From contig CACZFH010000005.1 in NCBI GenBank assembly GCA_902780395.1, positions 1,557-65,556 on the forward strand: a stretch of DNA of 64,000 bases, given 5' to 3'. The notes beneath the pieces are model-generated. The model was given only the letters and a program-made list of their open reading frames with translations, ran no database searches and had not been told where the DNA came from. The DNA is from an uncultured Erysipelotrichaceae bacterium (GTDB lineage Bacteria > Bacillota_I > Bacilli_A > RF39 > UBA660). The position numbers and the translations under genes were made by a program. The first letter of the stretch is position 1; each line of letters starts with the position of its first letter. Positions 49,911-59,127 of the stretch are shown piece by piece.

Positions 49911-49926
49911 CTTTTACTTTTACTTT

Positions 49927-51195
49927 TTATTTTAATTTATCCAATATATTTTCTATGGTTACTATAGTAATAGTATTATTCTTAACGTCTTCAATTTCAT
50001 AGTTAATTCCATCAAACCTATTTCCAAGAATAATCATTTTAGGAGTCCCTAAAACATATACATCATTTATTTTTGAACCAATAGATAAATTTTCTCTATC
50101 ATCTATTATTGATTGAATGTTATTATCTAGTAAATAGTAATATAATTTTTCTGCTGCTTCTTTATTTTTTTCATTATAAATAATATGAACTTTGTATGGG
50201 GCAATATTATATGGTAAAACAAAACCTTTTATTTTGTTATTATCTTTGATAATGTTATTCTCTATTAGGCAAGCAATAATTCTTCCTAGACCAATTCCAT
50301 AACAACCCATATAATATGGTTTTTTCTCGTTGTTTTCATCGGTATAGTAAAGGCCCATACTCTCAGAATATTTGGTTCCTAATTGGAAGTTATTTCCTAA
50401 TTCAATGGCACTATATTCTTTTAAATCATTTATATCTACTATTCCTAATTGTTTTAGATATTCATCTTTATTTTGAAAGCTTAAAACTTCTTTATTAATA
50501 CCAATATCATTCTTTTCATCATATAAAATTTTATCTTCTCCTAAATCGGTTATTGCTTGAAATTCTTCAGCAACTTTTCCACCTATGACACCATTATCAC
50601 TTACTGTTGGGATAATTTTGATACCTATTCTTTTAAATATATTTAAATAAACTTGGTGCATTAATTTATAAGATTTTTGCATATCTTCTTCTGTTTTATC
50701 AAAAGAATAGGCATCCATCATAACAAATGTTCTTGGTCTAAATAAATAACCTCTAGTTCTTATTTCTTTTCTAAATTTTTCGTTTATTTGGTAGTATATT
50801 GCTGGAAGATTTTTATATGATTCTAACCTGTTAGAACCAAATATAGTTGCACACTCTTCAGCGGTTGGAGCAAGTCCATATTCTCCTAAGTTATTTTTGA
50901 GAGTAAACATTATGTCTCCTTCTTTAGTATAGGTATCCCATCTATTAGATTGCTCCCAAATCTTTTTAGGTTGCAATTTAGGAAATTCCACTTGAATACA
51001 ATCGGCTTTATCTAACTCTTCTATAATTATACTTTCAACATTTCTTTCTAATTTAGTCCATAGATTACCATAACCATATATACCACTTTCATATTGATAT
51101 AGTTCACCTAATTTCATTAAAATATCTTGGCCAGAATATTTTTTATCAACATCATTAAAATTTATTTTTTTGATATTTAATTTATTTAATCTCAT
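49927..51195 (-). CDS. proS: Prolyl-tRNA synthetase, bacterial type lacking the INS editing domain
   Basis: Motif 2 is FRKEIRTRGYLFRPRTFVMMDAYSF and motif 3 is GCYGIGLGRIIA; APTAEE is present. Only ~135 aa separate motifs 2 and 3 (about 280 in E. coli ProRS). Total length is 422 aa. Confidence 0.85.
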   Translation of the reverse strand: MRLNKLNIKKINFNDVDKKYSGQDILMKLGELYQYESGIYGYGNLWTKLERNVESIIIEELDKADCIQVEFPKLQPKKIWEQSNRWDTYTKEGDIMFTLKNNLGEYGLAPTAEECATIFGSNRLESYKNLPAIYYQINEKFRKEIRTRGYLFRPRTFVMMDAYSFDKTEEDMQKSYKLMHQVYLNIFKRIGIKIIPTVSDNGVIGGKVAEEFQAITDLGEDKILYDEKNDIGINKEVLSFQNKDEYLKQLGIVDINDLKEYSAIELGNNFQLGTKYSESMGLYYTDENNEKKPYYMGCYGIGLGRIIACLIENNIIKDNNKIKGFVLPYNIAPYKVHIIYNEKNKEAAEKLYYYLLDNNIQSIIDDRENLSIGSKINDVYVLGTPKMIILGNRFDGINYEIEDVKNNTITIVTIENILDKLK

Positions 51196-51272
51196 ATTAT
51201 ATTTCCTTTCTATTATTTATTTTATTAAGAAAGTCATCGGTCGTTTATAAACATACATAAATATCACTCCTT

Positions 51273-51511
51273 AAAAAATAAAAAGGATAGCACTTAAGGA
51301 GTCAATATATGACGGTGCCATCCTTTTATTATCTTTATTAATATAACGGTTGTAGACCGAAAATGTTTACATTTCACTCTGAAGGTAGGAATTAGATAGT
51401 ATCATAACTTGTTTTCACTATACCAAGTTCACTTTATATGCTTAACTAAGTAATAGTCCTTCGTCATTGATTTATGAATTTGATTTTATCACTTTTTTAG
51501 ATACTTGTAAA
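51273..51511 (-). promoter_or_regulatory. T-box leader (proline specifier) with promoter, antiterminator and terminator
   Basis: Promoter is TTTACA-17-TAAAAT (51506-51511 / 51483-51488). Stem I base pairs GAAGG with CCUUC, and the specifier is CCU-A (51387-51389). The antiterminator is AAGGA[UGGCACC]GUCA-UAUAU-UGAC-UCCUU. The competing terminator is AAAGGAUGGCAC/GUGCUAUCCUUU plus a U-run. Confidence 0.8.
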
Positions 51512-51617
51512 TAACATAAAAACTGATATTCATTTAATTAATAAATGCTATTATTGATAAAATATATTTATTTTTTATAATTTCTATAATAATATCCATA
51601 ATAGGAAGATATGTAAA

Positions 51618-51930
51618 ATGAATAAAAGAAGAACTATTAATATTATAATCTTTTTATTAGTGTTGGTTATGCTTATCTAAATTCAAATGTTACAATTAAT
51701 GGCTCTTCTACTATTGCATCAAGTCGTTGGAATGTTTATTTGGATAATGTCCAAGTAAAGAATGGCTCAGTTGAAGCATCAACACCTTCTATAGTAAATC
51801 ATCAACTGTTACTTGTATCGGTCCTAATATTTCAGAATATGCTGCTACTGATAGCTATATAGATTCTGGAATAGCTAATGATTGTGAATGTTATATTCAT
51901 GTAGGTGGTATTGCAGCTTGTACTTGCTGA
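51618..51930 (+). pseudogene. Decayed gene, N-terminus paralogous to the 555-aa secreted protein
   Basis: ATG 51618 gives MNKRRTINIIIFLLVLVMLI*. The reading continues in a second frame (VGYAYLNSNVTINGSSTIASSRWNVYLDNVQVKNGSVEAS...) and then a third (...CECYIHVGGIAACTC*). At least two frameshifts. The GYA...NG motif resembles residues 30-60 of the 37426..39093 product. Confidence 0.5.
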
Positions 51931-51956
51931 TGAATCTATAATTATATATTTAAAAA

Positions 51957-51986
51957 TAAAAAAGCTATTTTTTTAGCTTTTTTATT
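51957..51986. terminator. Bidirectional terminator
   Basis: AAAAGCTA-TTTTTT-TAGCTTTT with A and T runs on both sides, between the pseudogene and the stop of the 367-aa gene. Confidence 0.65.
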
Positions 51987-51987
51987 A

Positions 51988-53091
51988 TTATCTATGCTGG
52001 TATGAAACAGGTTTAACATGTTGGTCATCATATACAATTCTGTATTTATTATTAATATAGTTTGTAATATTATCAATATAGTTCAAATCTATAATATCTT
52101 TTTCTGCACATTCTATAACCCAATCCAACTTTAATTCTGGGTTGTTAATTGAATCTATTATGCTATATATTTCTCTCTGTTCTAAGTTTTGAATTTCTTT
52201 CCTTAAAAAATCATTTTTAAAGGCGTCTTCTTTCTCTTGTTCTTTTCGAATCTCTTTATTTGAATATTTATTATTCTTTCTTTTTTTCTTATCGCTATAA
52301 TATTTTATACTTGAAGCAACAATATTAACAACAGTTAATCCACCATTGTTTTTTTCTTTATTAGCATTTAATATTGCTACAATATTAGCATCTTCTAAAC
52401 ATTGCTTTTTGTATTTTGTCTTCATTGTTAAGACTAGTTCTTTAAATTCTTCATAAGTATTAGAAGCTAATCTATCTGCATTTTCTTTAATAAATGACAA
52501 TTTATCTTTGTCATCTTTATATGTTTTTACAAGTTCACATATATCAGAAAAATACAGTAAACTTTTTATTTGTTCATCATTTATACAGTCTTTTTTCATT
52601 TGGTAATTCATTGAACTAAGGATATTCTTTAATGCTTCATGGTAACGATAAATTAAATATTCATTATCTAATCCTAGTAATCTAATTTTTTTTGAATCAT
52701 TAATTATTTTGTTATTTATATAGTCAAATTTTACTTGATTGGCATCTTCTTCATTATATGAGGCAATTATTAAAGCTTCATTATCTATAGAAAGCTTTCC
52801 TTCAATTCTCTTGTCCTTAAGATATTTTGTTTTCTTAGTATCCTCTTTAATAGAGCTTATCATAATTGCTAAATCTTCTCCATCAAAGAAGTTATTATTA
52901 ATACCTTCTTCTAAAGCTGTTTCTATATTATCACTTTCTTTATATGAGGCAATAACTTTGGCATAGGTATGATATCTTTTATCATTTAATAATATTTCTT
53001 TTATTCTATTATCATTCATGCAATCTTTTTTTATAGAATCAGACTCTATTGATAATATTGGCTTATCTCTGTGACAAGAGTCTAAATACAA
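51988..53091 (-). CDS. Hypothetical helical repeat protein (367 aa)
   Basis: Recurring K(K/Q)(D/Q)C(M/I/L)(N/E)D..I motif (KKDCMNDNRIKEIL, KKDCINDEQIKSLL, KKQCLEDANIVAIL). No family recognised. Confidence 0.5.
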   Translation of the reverse strand: MYLDSCHRDKPILSIESDSIKKDCMNDNRIKEILLNDKRYHTYAKVIASYKESDNIETALEEGINNNFFDGEDLAIMISSIKEDTKKTKYLKDKRIEGKLSIDNEALIIASYNEEDANQVKFDYINNKIINDSKKIRLLGLDNEYLIYRYHEALKNILSSMNYQMKKDCINDEQIKSLLYFSDICELVKTYKDDKDKLSFIKENADRLASNTYEEFKELVLTMKTKYKKQCLEDANIVAILNANKEKNNGGLTVVNIVASSIKYYSDKKKRKNNKYSNKEIRKEQEKEDAFKNDFLRKEIQNLEQREIYSIIDSINNPELKLDWVIECAEKDIIDLNYIDNITNYINNKYRIVYDDQHVKPVSYQHR

Positions 53092-53128
53092 TAAAACTTC
53101 TGGTATAATACATTCTCTTTTTTCTTTA

Positions 53129-53698
53129 TCAGTCTTTTTTTTTAGTTATTCTTTTAATTACTTTTATTTTGTCTTCAAATTTTGTGTTTTTTAATATAGT
53201 AGATATTGTTTCATCAGAAAATATTTTTTCAATAAACACATGAGAGTGAAACGAAAAAATTGTTTTTATTAAAGATTTTGTATCATATGGTTCTTTACCA
53301 TTTTCAGGTTCTTCATATACAAATATTTCCTTATACTTATTAAAAACAGCAGCTTTTATTTCATCTGATTCTATGTTAGAAATAATACTTGCTACATAAT
53401 CATAATAGTCATTTCTATTGTTGATTATTTGGTTATAAATAAAATTGTTTTGATAAATATATGTATTAATTATCTCATCATCTTCTAGTTGCCTTATTAA
53501 TATTAGTAATCCTATAAATGAATAATAAAGATTTTCTGGATTTTCTTCTATTGTTTTTGTTAGTAATTGTATTAGCTTTTTAATTCCATCTTTGGTTTTT
53601 ACTAGTTCTTGTAGTTCTTCAAAGTTAAGCTCTGTTTTTTTCATTATTTCATCATAATATAATAAAACTTTTCCATCATTAAATTCTATTAAATTCAT
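53129..53698 (-). CDS. Hypothetical helical protein (189 aa)
   Basis: ORF with an RBS. No motif recognised. Confidence 0.5.
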   Translation of the reverse strand: MNLIEFNDGKVLLYYDEIMKKTELNFEELQELVKTKDGIKKLIQLLTKTIEENPENLYYSFIGLLILIRQLEDDEIINTYIYQNNFIYNQIINNRNDYYDYVASIISNIESDEIKAAVFNKYKEIFVYEEPENGKEPYDTKSLIKTIFSFHSHVFIEKIFSDETISTILKNTKFEDKIKVIKRITKKKD

Positions 53699-53763
53699 TA
53701 TAGTATTTCTCCTTTTTTCATGATGATCATGTCATATTTTACTTAATTATGCAAAAATGATGA

Positions 53764-54678
53764 TTAATAAGTTATTTCATTATTAATAAACTTTATAGCT
53801 TCCGTTGCAGCTATGGCCCCATCAGAAGTTGCTGTAACTAATTGTCTTACTTCTTTGGTACGATTATCTCCAGCTACGAATATTCCTCTAACATTAGTAT
53901 TACAATTTTCTCCGGCAATTATATAACCAGAATTATCTAACTTAACTAACTTTCCAAAATTTTCATTTTCTGGTATTCTTCCTACTGCAATAAAGAGACC
54001 TTCAACTTCTATTATTCTTTTACTTCCATCTTTGTTAGTTATTTCAATACTTTCTAATTTATCATTGGCATTAAGCTTGGTAACATTACTATTATAAATG
54101 AATTCCATATTTTCTTTATCTTTTAATTGATTTAGCGTTGATTCTGCTCCTCTAAATTCATCTCTTCTATGAATTAAATATACTTTATTGACTATGTCTG
54201 TTAAATATAAAGCATCTTCAAGGGCAGTATTGCCACCACCAACAACTGCAACATTTTTTTTCTTGTAAAAGGCTCCATCACATGTAGCACAATAACTAAC
54301 TCCTTTTCCGATAAGTTCATTTTCATTTTCAATTCCTAGTTTTCTATTTTCTGAACCAGTTGCTAAAATAAGAGCTTTTGCTGCATATTTATTCTTGGTT
54401 GTTATTACTTCTTTAGTTTCATGATTATCTTTAATATCTACTACTTTTTCATAGATTATTTCTGCTCCTAAGTCTTTTACTTGATTATATAGTTTTGTTG
54501 CAAAGTCAAAACCAGAAATATGGGCTTCTACGGGGTAGTTTTCTATATCGAGGGTATTAATAATTTGTCCACCATAAGTTTTGGCTTCTAAAACTAATAC
54601 TTTTTTTGAGGCACGTCTAGCATATATTGCTGCTGTTAGTCCAGCAGGACCGGCTCCTACTATAATAATATCGTACAT
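53764..54678 (-). CDS. trxB: Thioredoxin reductase
   Basis: GAGPAGLTAAIYA FAD motif, CATCDG redox-active disulfide, GGGNTALE NADPH motif. Confidence 0.95.
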   Translation of the reverse strand: MYDIIIVGAGPAGLTAAIYARRASKKVLVLEAKTYGGQIINTLDIENYPVEAHISGFDFATKLYNQVKDLGAEIIYEKVVDIKDNHETKEVITTKNKYAAKALILATGSENRKLGIENENELIGKGVSYCATCDGAFYKKKNVAVVGGGNTALEDALYLTDIVNKVYLIHRRDEFRGAESTLNQLKDKENMEFIYNSNVTKLNANDKLESIEITNKDGSKRIIEVEGLFIAVGRIPENENFGKLVKLDNSGYIIAGENCNTNVRGIFVAGDNRTKEVRQLVTATSDGAIAATEAIKFINNEITY

Positions 54679-54992
54679 TATTCTCCCCCAATCATATCCT
54701 CTATAGCATCTTTTGACATTAGGCCTACATTTCTTTTAATTTCTTTTCCGTCTTTAAAGACTATAAGACATGGGATTGATGAAACATTGTACTTTTCAGC
54801 TAGTTCATCTTCATCATCAACATTAATAGATACAATTTTTGCACTATCATTATTAGCTGCTACTTCCTCAAGTATTGGTTTTAACATTTTACATGGTCCA
54901 CACCAGTTAGCATTAAAATCTGCTAGAACTTGTTTTTCACTTCCTAATACCTCTTTATCAAAATTATCTTTATTTACTTCTATAATTGTCAT
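54678..54992 (-). CDS. trxA: Thioredoxin
   Basis: WCGPCK active site; 104 aa. 1-nt overlaps with both neighbours. Confidence 0.9.
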   Translation of the reverse strand: MTIIEVNKDNFDKEVLGSEKQVLADFNANWCGPCKMLKPILEEVAANNDSAKIVSINVDDEDELAEKYNVSSIPCLIVFKDGKEIKRNVGLMSKDAIEDMIGGE

Positions 54993-55438
54993 TATTTTTC
55001 CTCCTTTAAAACATTTAATAATACTTTATAAATAAGTGAATAGAGCATTTCAATTTCCTTGTCTGATAAATCAATACATTTAGCCATACTATCAGGAATT
55101 GCTAATGCTTTTTCTTTAAGATTAATTCCTTTTTCGGTAATTGTTACTTCTAAATTTCTTTCATCTTTTGTTGATCTAACTCTAGTTATATATCCCTTTT
55201 TTTCTAATTTCTTAAGAAGTGGTGTTAAAGTTCCTGAGTCAAGTAATAATGCTTGACTAAGCTCCTTAACATTACTTGAATGTTTTTCCCAAAAATACAT
55301 CATAACTATATATTGCGTGTATGTTAAGTCTAGTTTTTCTAGAAGTGGTGTATATTTATGTATTATTTCTTTAGAACATAAATAGATTGGAAAACATAAT
55401 TGATTTTTTAATGTTAGAGAATCATATTTTGATTCCAT
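54992..55438 (-). CDS. MarR-family regulator, OhrR-like (N-terminal sensing Cys)
   Basis: 148 aa. LKNQLCFPIY matches the conserved OhrR LCF(A)LY cysteine context. Winged-helix core. Confidence 0.75.
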   Translation of the reverse strand: MESKYDSLTLKNQLCFPIYLCSKEIIHKYTPLLEKLDLTYTQYIVMMYFWEKHSSNVKELSQALLLDSGTLTPLLKKLEKKGYITRVRSTKDERNLEVTITEKGINLKEKALAIPDSMAKCIDLSDKEIEMLYSLIYKVLLNVLKEEK

Positions 55439-55451
55439 AGTACCTCACTCC

Positions 55452-55991
55452 CTATATTAGTTCTTGTAAATCTTTTTCTATTTCACTAGGATCAAAAGTT
55501 GGATTATATCTTTTTATGGCATTACCTTCTTTATCCACTAAAAATTTAGTAAAATTCCAAACTATATCACCTTTTTTAGTACAAGTTGTACTTATTTTGG
55601 CAATTGCCTTCATAGCCATTTTATTCTTAAGACCTTTTGCTTCTTCATTAGGTTGTTGCTCTTTTAAAATAGTAAAAACTTGACTTTCATTTTCTCCATT
55701 AACATCAATTTTAGCAAATTGATCAAATTGAGTTTTATACTTAGCTGTACAAAATTCATGAATTTCATCGTTATCTCCTGGTGCTTGGTGTCCAAATTGA
55801 TTACATGGAAAATCTAATATTTCAAAACCTTGATCATGATATTTTTCATATAACTTCTCTAATCCTTCATATTGAGGGGTAAAGCCACATCCAGTAGCAG
55901 TATTAACTACTAGAGATACTTTTCCTTTTAAAGATTTTAAATCAAACTCTTCTCCATTTCTCTTTTTAACTGTTAAATCATAAATGTTCAT
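55452..55991 (-). CDS. Glutathione peroxidase-family thiol peroxidase
   Basis: NTATGCGFTPQY (peroxidatic Cys) and FPCNQFGHQAPG motifs. Confidence 0.9.
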   Translation of the reverse strand: MNIYDLTVKKRNGEEFDLKSLKGKVSLVVNTATGCGFTPQYEGLEKLYEKYHDQGFEILDFPCNQFGHQAPGDNDEIHEFCTAKYKTQFDQFAKIDVNGENESQVFTILKEQQPNEEAKGLKNKMAMKAIAKISTTCTKKGDIVWNFTKFLVDKEGNAIKRYNPTFDPSEIEKDLQELI

Positions 55992-56073
55992 TTAAATATC
56001 CCTCCTTTTCGTTTGTATACAATTTAATTTTATCAAATATATTTCTTTATTACAAATACTTTTTTATCTTAGA

Positions 56074-56104
56074 TAAAAAAAATAAGATGTTATTGCATCT
56101 TATT
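56074..56104 (-). terminator. Rho-independent terminator
   Basis: Minus strand: AATAAGATG-CAATAA-CATCTTATT followed by TTTTTTTTATC. Confidence 0.65.
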
Positions 56105-56150
56105 TCAGACTGTTGACAAAGTAAAATTTTGTTAATAGTCTTTTTATTGC

Positions 56151-56249
56151 CTAAAACTCTTTATCATTTTGCAACTGTAATGTATCATCATTTTTAATAT
56201 TTTGGGGTTTTAATACTTCAGAATGCCTCATAAAGTATAGTGTTGTCAT
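56151..56249 (-). pseudogene. Possible N-terminal stub of a histidine-phosphatase (PGM-family) gene
   Basis: GGAAGTGA RBS, then MTTLYFMRHSEVLKPQ...*, 32 aa. LYFMRHSE matches the RHG/RHxE start of histidine phosphatases. It is truncated by TAG and followed by the terminator. Confidence 0.3.
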
Positions 56250-56452
56250 GTTATCACTTCCTTATTATTATTATTATATCATAGTTATTTTATTTCAAAA
56301 ATATCTTTGAAAAGTCATCTATAGTGTTTCAGAACATAGACTAGATATATATTAGACTATATTATCAGTTTTATTCTTAATAATTAGTAACTTTTAAAAA
56401 TTATAAAAATAATATAATATGAAAAAAATGATATAATAGAATTGGTGTTTAT

Positions 56453-58090
56453 ATGGAAATTAAAGAATTTAAAAGATTATTATCAAAAGCTGAGCAAGTA
56501 GTTGAGATAGGAGTAAAAAAAGGTTATTTTGAAGAAACTAGAAAAGAAGAACTTGCAAAAAAACTAGCAACTATATTTAACAATGGTATTGTTTATGACA
56601 TACCAGGTAGAGCAACATACGGTAGATACTCTCCAAGCGAGAGAAAATTATATTTTAATGTTAAAGTATTTCAAAGTGAAGAAGAAGCCTTGGTTTATAT
56701 TCTTCATGAAATTAAACATGGTCTAGATCATTATGATGATCAAATAGGATTTGAATATCATAGTGAAGGAACTGGAATAAATGAAGGTGCTACTCAAAGA
56801 TTTGCAACCGATATTGCTGAAGAAATACTTCAAATAAAATTTCAAAGAGAGACTCGTTCTTCTCTAGGTATTAATCTTAAAACCCACTTAGATGAATATC
56901 AAATAGAAGATCGATTAAACGAATTATTATGTATTGCATTGGGGATTAGTATGGAAGAATTTATTAAAATGCAAAATGATCCACAAAAAGAAAAATTTAA
57001 GAATATTATTGTTAAATTTAATCAATATGCTAGTTTTGAAGTATTTAAAAAATTATTAGATAAAATTTATAAGATTCAAGAAAAAACATGGGTTGATGCA
57101 AATAATAATTTGTTAGAAGAAGAAAAAGAACCGACTCCTGAACAAACACAAAAAGCTATAGATTTAATAAGCCAATGTAAAAGGATTTTAATACAATATG
57201 CCAAAAAAGCTAATCCAAAAGCCGTAGAAATCATAGAAAAAGAATCTTTTATAGCAAAGGATAAATATGGTGAAATTATTAGGACCTCTGATGTTGAATT
57301 AGATAATAATTCAGAAAGTTCTAAATTATTAGATGAACTATCAGATTTAAGTATCATTAGTCAATCAGAATATCTTGATTATCAAAAAAATGTTTTGAGT
57401 CAAATTATTAGTAAGACCATAAGTAATGACTGTGATATAGTATTTGTTACAGGGTTTAGATATGGATTTGAAAATGACGATAAAATAGTTTATTTTAGAA
57501 AAGGTGATTATTATTTTAAACTAATAATTCCAATGAATAATGATGGAACTATGGATTTAGAAAACTTTGATGTTCAGAAAGTAAATGATATAAATGAAAT
57601 AAAAGAAGAAATTGAGGATTGCGAATATGAATTTGGTATTGTAGCTAATGGTCCAGAATATGCAAAAATTTTACAAATGTGTGGAGAAGAATTAAGAGCT
57701 AAAAGTGTAATTAAGAAATGGGATTATTATTTAAGTAGACAAGATGAATTAGCTGAAATTATAAAAAGAGTATCTCAAATAGATGATACAACTAATGAAG
57801 AACTCGAGCAATTAGCAGAAGTGGTCGAAGAAGGAAGAATGGACCTTCAAGCTAAACAAGAAATTTCTGATACAACAATAACTATTAGTTTTAATAGTAT
57901 TATTATAGATGAAAATGGTATATTATTTATAAATCCATATGGAGGTATGGAATTAGTTGCTCCAGAAGAGGAAGAAAAATATTTATCCAAAGTAAGAGAA
58001 GCTGTAGCTTCTGGAGAATTATTATTAACTAAAAACCAATTAAAGCTTTTAGAATCTTTCAGTAATAATATGGCTTCTAAAAAAGGGTAA
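56453..58090 (+). CDS. Cytoplasmic putative zinc metalloprotease (gluzincin motif)
   Basis: 545 aa with no signal peptide. HEIKH (res 85-89) is followed 21 residues later by GINEGATQRF. Compare thermolysin HELTH...GAINEAISDIF. Extended -10 TGATATAAT upstream. Confidence 0.55.
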   Translation: MEIKEFKRLLSKAEQVVEIGVKKGYFEETRKEELAKKLATIFNNGIVYDIPGRATYGRYSPSERKLYFNVKVFQSEEEALVYILHEIKHGLDHYDDQIGFEYHSEGTGINEGATQRFATDIAEEILQIKFQRETRSSLGINLKTHLDEYQIEDRLNELLCIALGISMEEFIKMQNDPQKEKFKNIIVKFNQYASFEVFKKLLDKIYKIQEKTWVDANNNLLEEEKEPTPEQTQKAIDLISQCKRILIQYAKKANPKAVEIIEKESFIAKDKYGEIIRTSDVELDNNSESSKLLDELSDLSIISQSEYLDYQKNVLSQIISKTISNDCDIVFVTGFRYGFENDDKIVYFRKGDYYFKLIIPMNNDGTMDLENFDVQKVNDINEIKEEIEDCEYEFGIVANGPEYAKILQMCGEELRAKSVIKKWDYYLSRQDELAEIIKRVSQIDDTTNEELEQLAEVVEEGRMDLQAKQEISDTTITISFNSIIIDENGILFINPYGGMELVAPEEEEKYLSKVREAVASGELLLTKNQLKLLESFSNNMASKKG

Positions 58091-58116
58091 TAAACCTTAT
58101 CAAGATTATAACAATC

Positions 58117-58153
58117 AAAAAAGTGGAAACACTGTCTATGTGTCCACTTTTTT
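58117..58153. terminator. Bidirectional terminator between convergent genes
   Basis: AAAAAGTGGA..CAC-loop-GTG.TCCACTTTTTT. Confidence 0.65.
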
Positions 58154-58205
58154 GCAACTGCAGATTTTGCTACTAACTATTTTATTAAAATACATTTGTT
58201 TATTA

Positions 58206-58760
58206 TTATAAATATTTCAAATCTTCTTCAGCAAATTCTAAAATATAGCTGTCATTATTGTATTTTAATAAGTCTTTATTAATATTTTTATTATCAGTTC
58301 TTACTATAAAAGAATTTTCATAATTGATATTTTTAAAATAATAATTTCCTTCATCACTATTAATACTTTCAAACAGTCCTGCTTGTGGATCCATAACAAA
58401 TACTTCATTATCAATATTTAGTAAAAGAAATTCGTGTCCTCCAGAAGATTTTTGCCAATTAATATGACAATAAAATCTTTTGCCTTTTAACACTTTTTTT
58501 ATTAATTCTTGCTTATTATCAAACTTTATTTTCCGATGGTATTTAACAATATTTGCATTTGCATATTTAAAAATAATGTCTCTAGGTGAGTAAACCGGTC
58601 TAGGTAATACATTAATGTTTCTGAATTGTGCTTCTGCACACCAAACGCATAGTAAGCAATTTTGATTACCAACCGGTTCTTTTCTATCTTTTTCAACTTT
58701 ACTTTTTATTATATTTGAAATATTTTTTGCTAAAAGTATAGTATTACTATTTTTTTTCAC
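58206..58760 (-). CDS. Stand-alone papain-fold domain protein (toxin glutamine-deamidase/Tox-PL1-like)
   Basis: 184 aa. GTG start after an AGGTGA RBS. NQNCLLCVWCAEAQFRN (NC..C....E...R), then SGGHEFLLL and VMDPQAG, giving Cys/His/Asp in the order and context I recall for the Gln_amidase papain-fold toxin family. Confidence 0.45.
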   Translation of the reverse strand: MKKNSNTILLAKNISNIIKSKVEKDRKEPVGNQNCLLCVWCAEAQFRNINVLPRPVYSPRDIIFKYANANIVKYHRKIKFDNKQELIKKVLKGKRFYCHINWQKSSGGHEFLLLNIDNEVFVMDPQAGLFESINSDEGNYYFKNINYENSFIVRTDNKNINKDLLKYNNDSYILEFAEEDLKYL

Positions 58761-58933
58761 TGTATCACCTGTAACAATTGTACCATAGATTTTTAATAAT
58801 ATTATATTTATATAATTAAAATGGCTTCAAATGAGAGAAAAATATCTATACTCTTTTTTTAATGTTATTGTTTTAGAAACTTCTTTATATTTAGAGAATA
58901 ATAATTTTTCACTATTTATCACTAATCATTATA

Positions 58934-58970
58934 GCTGGTGGTATCTAATTTTCTTTTTTAATACTTTTTC
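58934..58970. repeat. Conserved intergenic element, copy E1
   Basis: GCTGGTGGTATCTAAttttCTTTTTTAATACTTTTTC. Matches E2 at 14/15 and 19/20 positions. About 105 bp upstream of the predicted -35 (TTGAAG, 58825-58830) of the 184-aa gene. Confidence 0.7.
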
Positions 58971-59127
58971 TTCTAAATATCTATTTTATTCTTCGTCAAA
59001 TTGATTAATTCTTAATTCTTCATATAATACTTTTATAATTTTTTGCAATTTTTGTTCATCCATAAAATCACCTATTATTAAATAGTTTTAACATATATTT
59101 TCTTTTTATCTTTGTTAATGAAAGCAA

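Noticed and set aside
51200-51262. 13-codon ORF (MYVYKRPMTFLIK) after an AAGGAG between the T-box terminator and proS, and a similar 15-codon ORF (MKKNIISTNDNEARQ) near 36712-36760.
   Set aside because: They are very short with no conservation evidence. The second has an RBS only 2 nt from its ATG. They are likely fortuitous.
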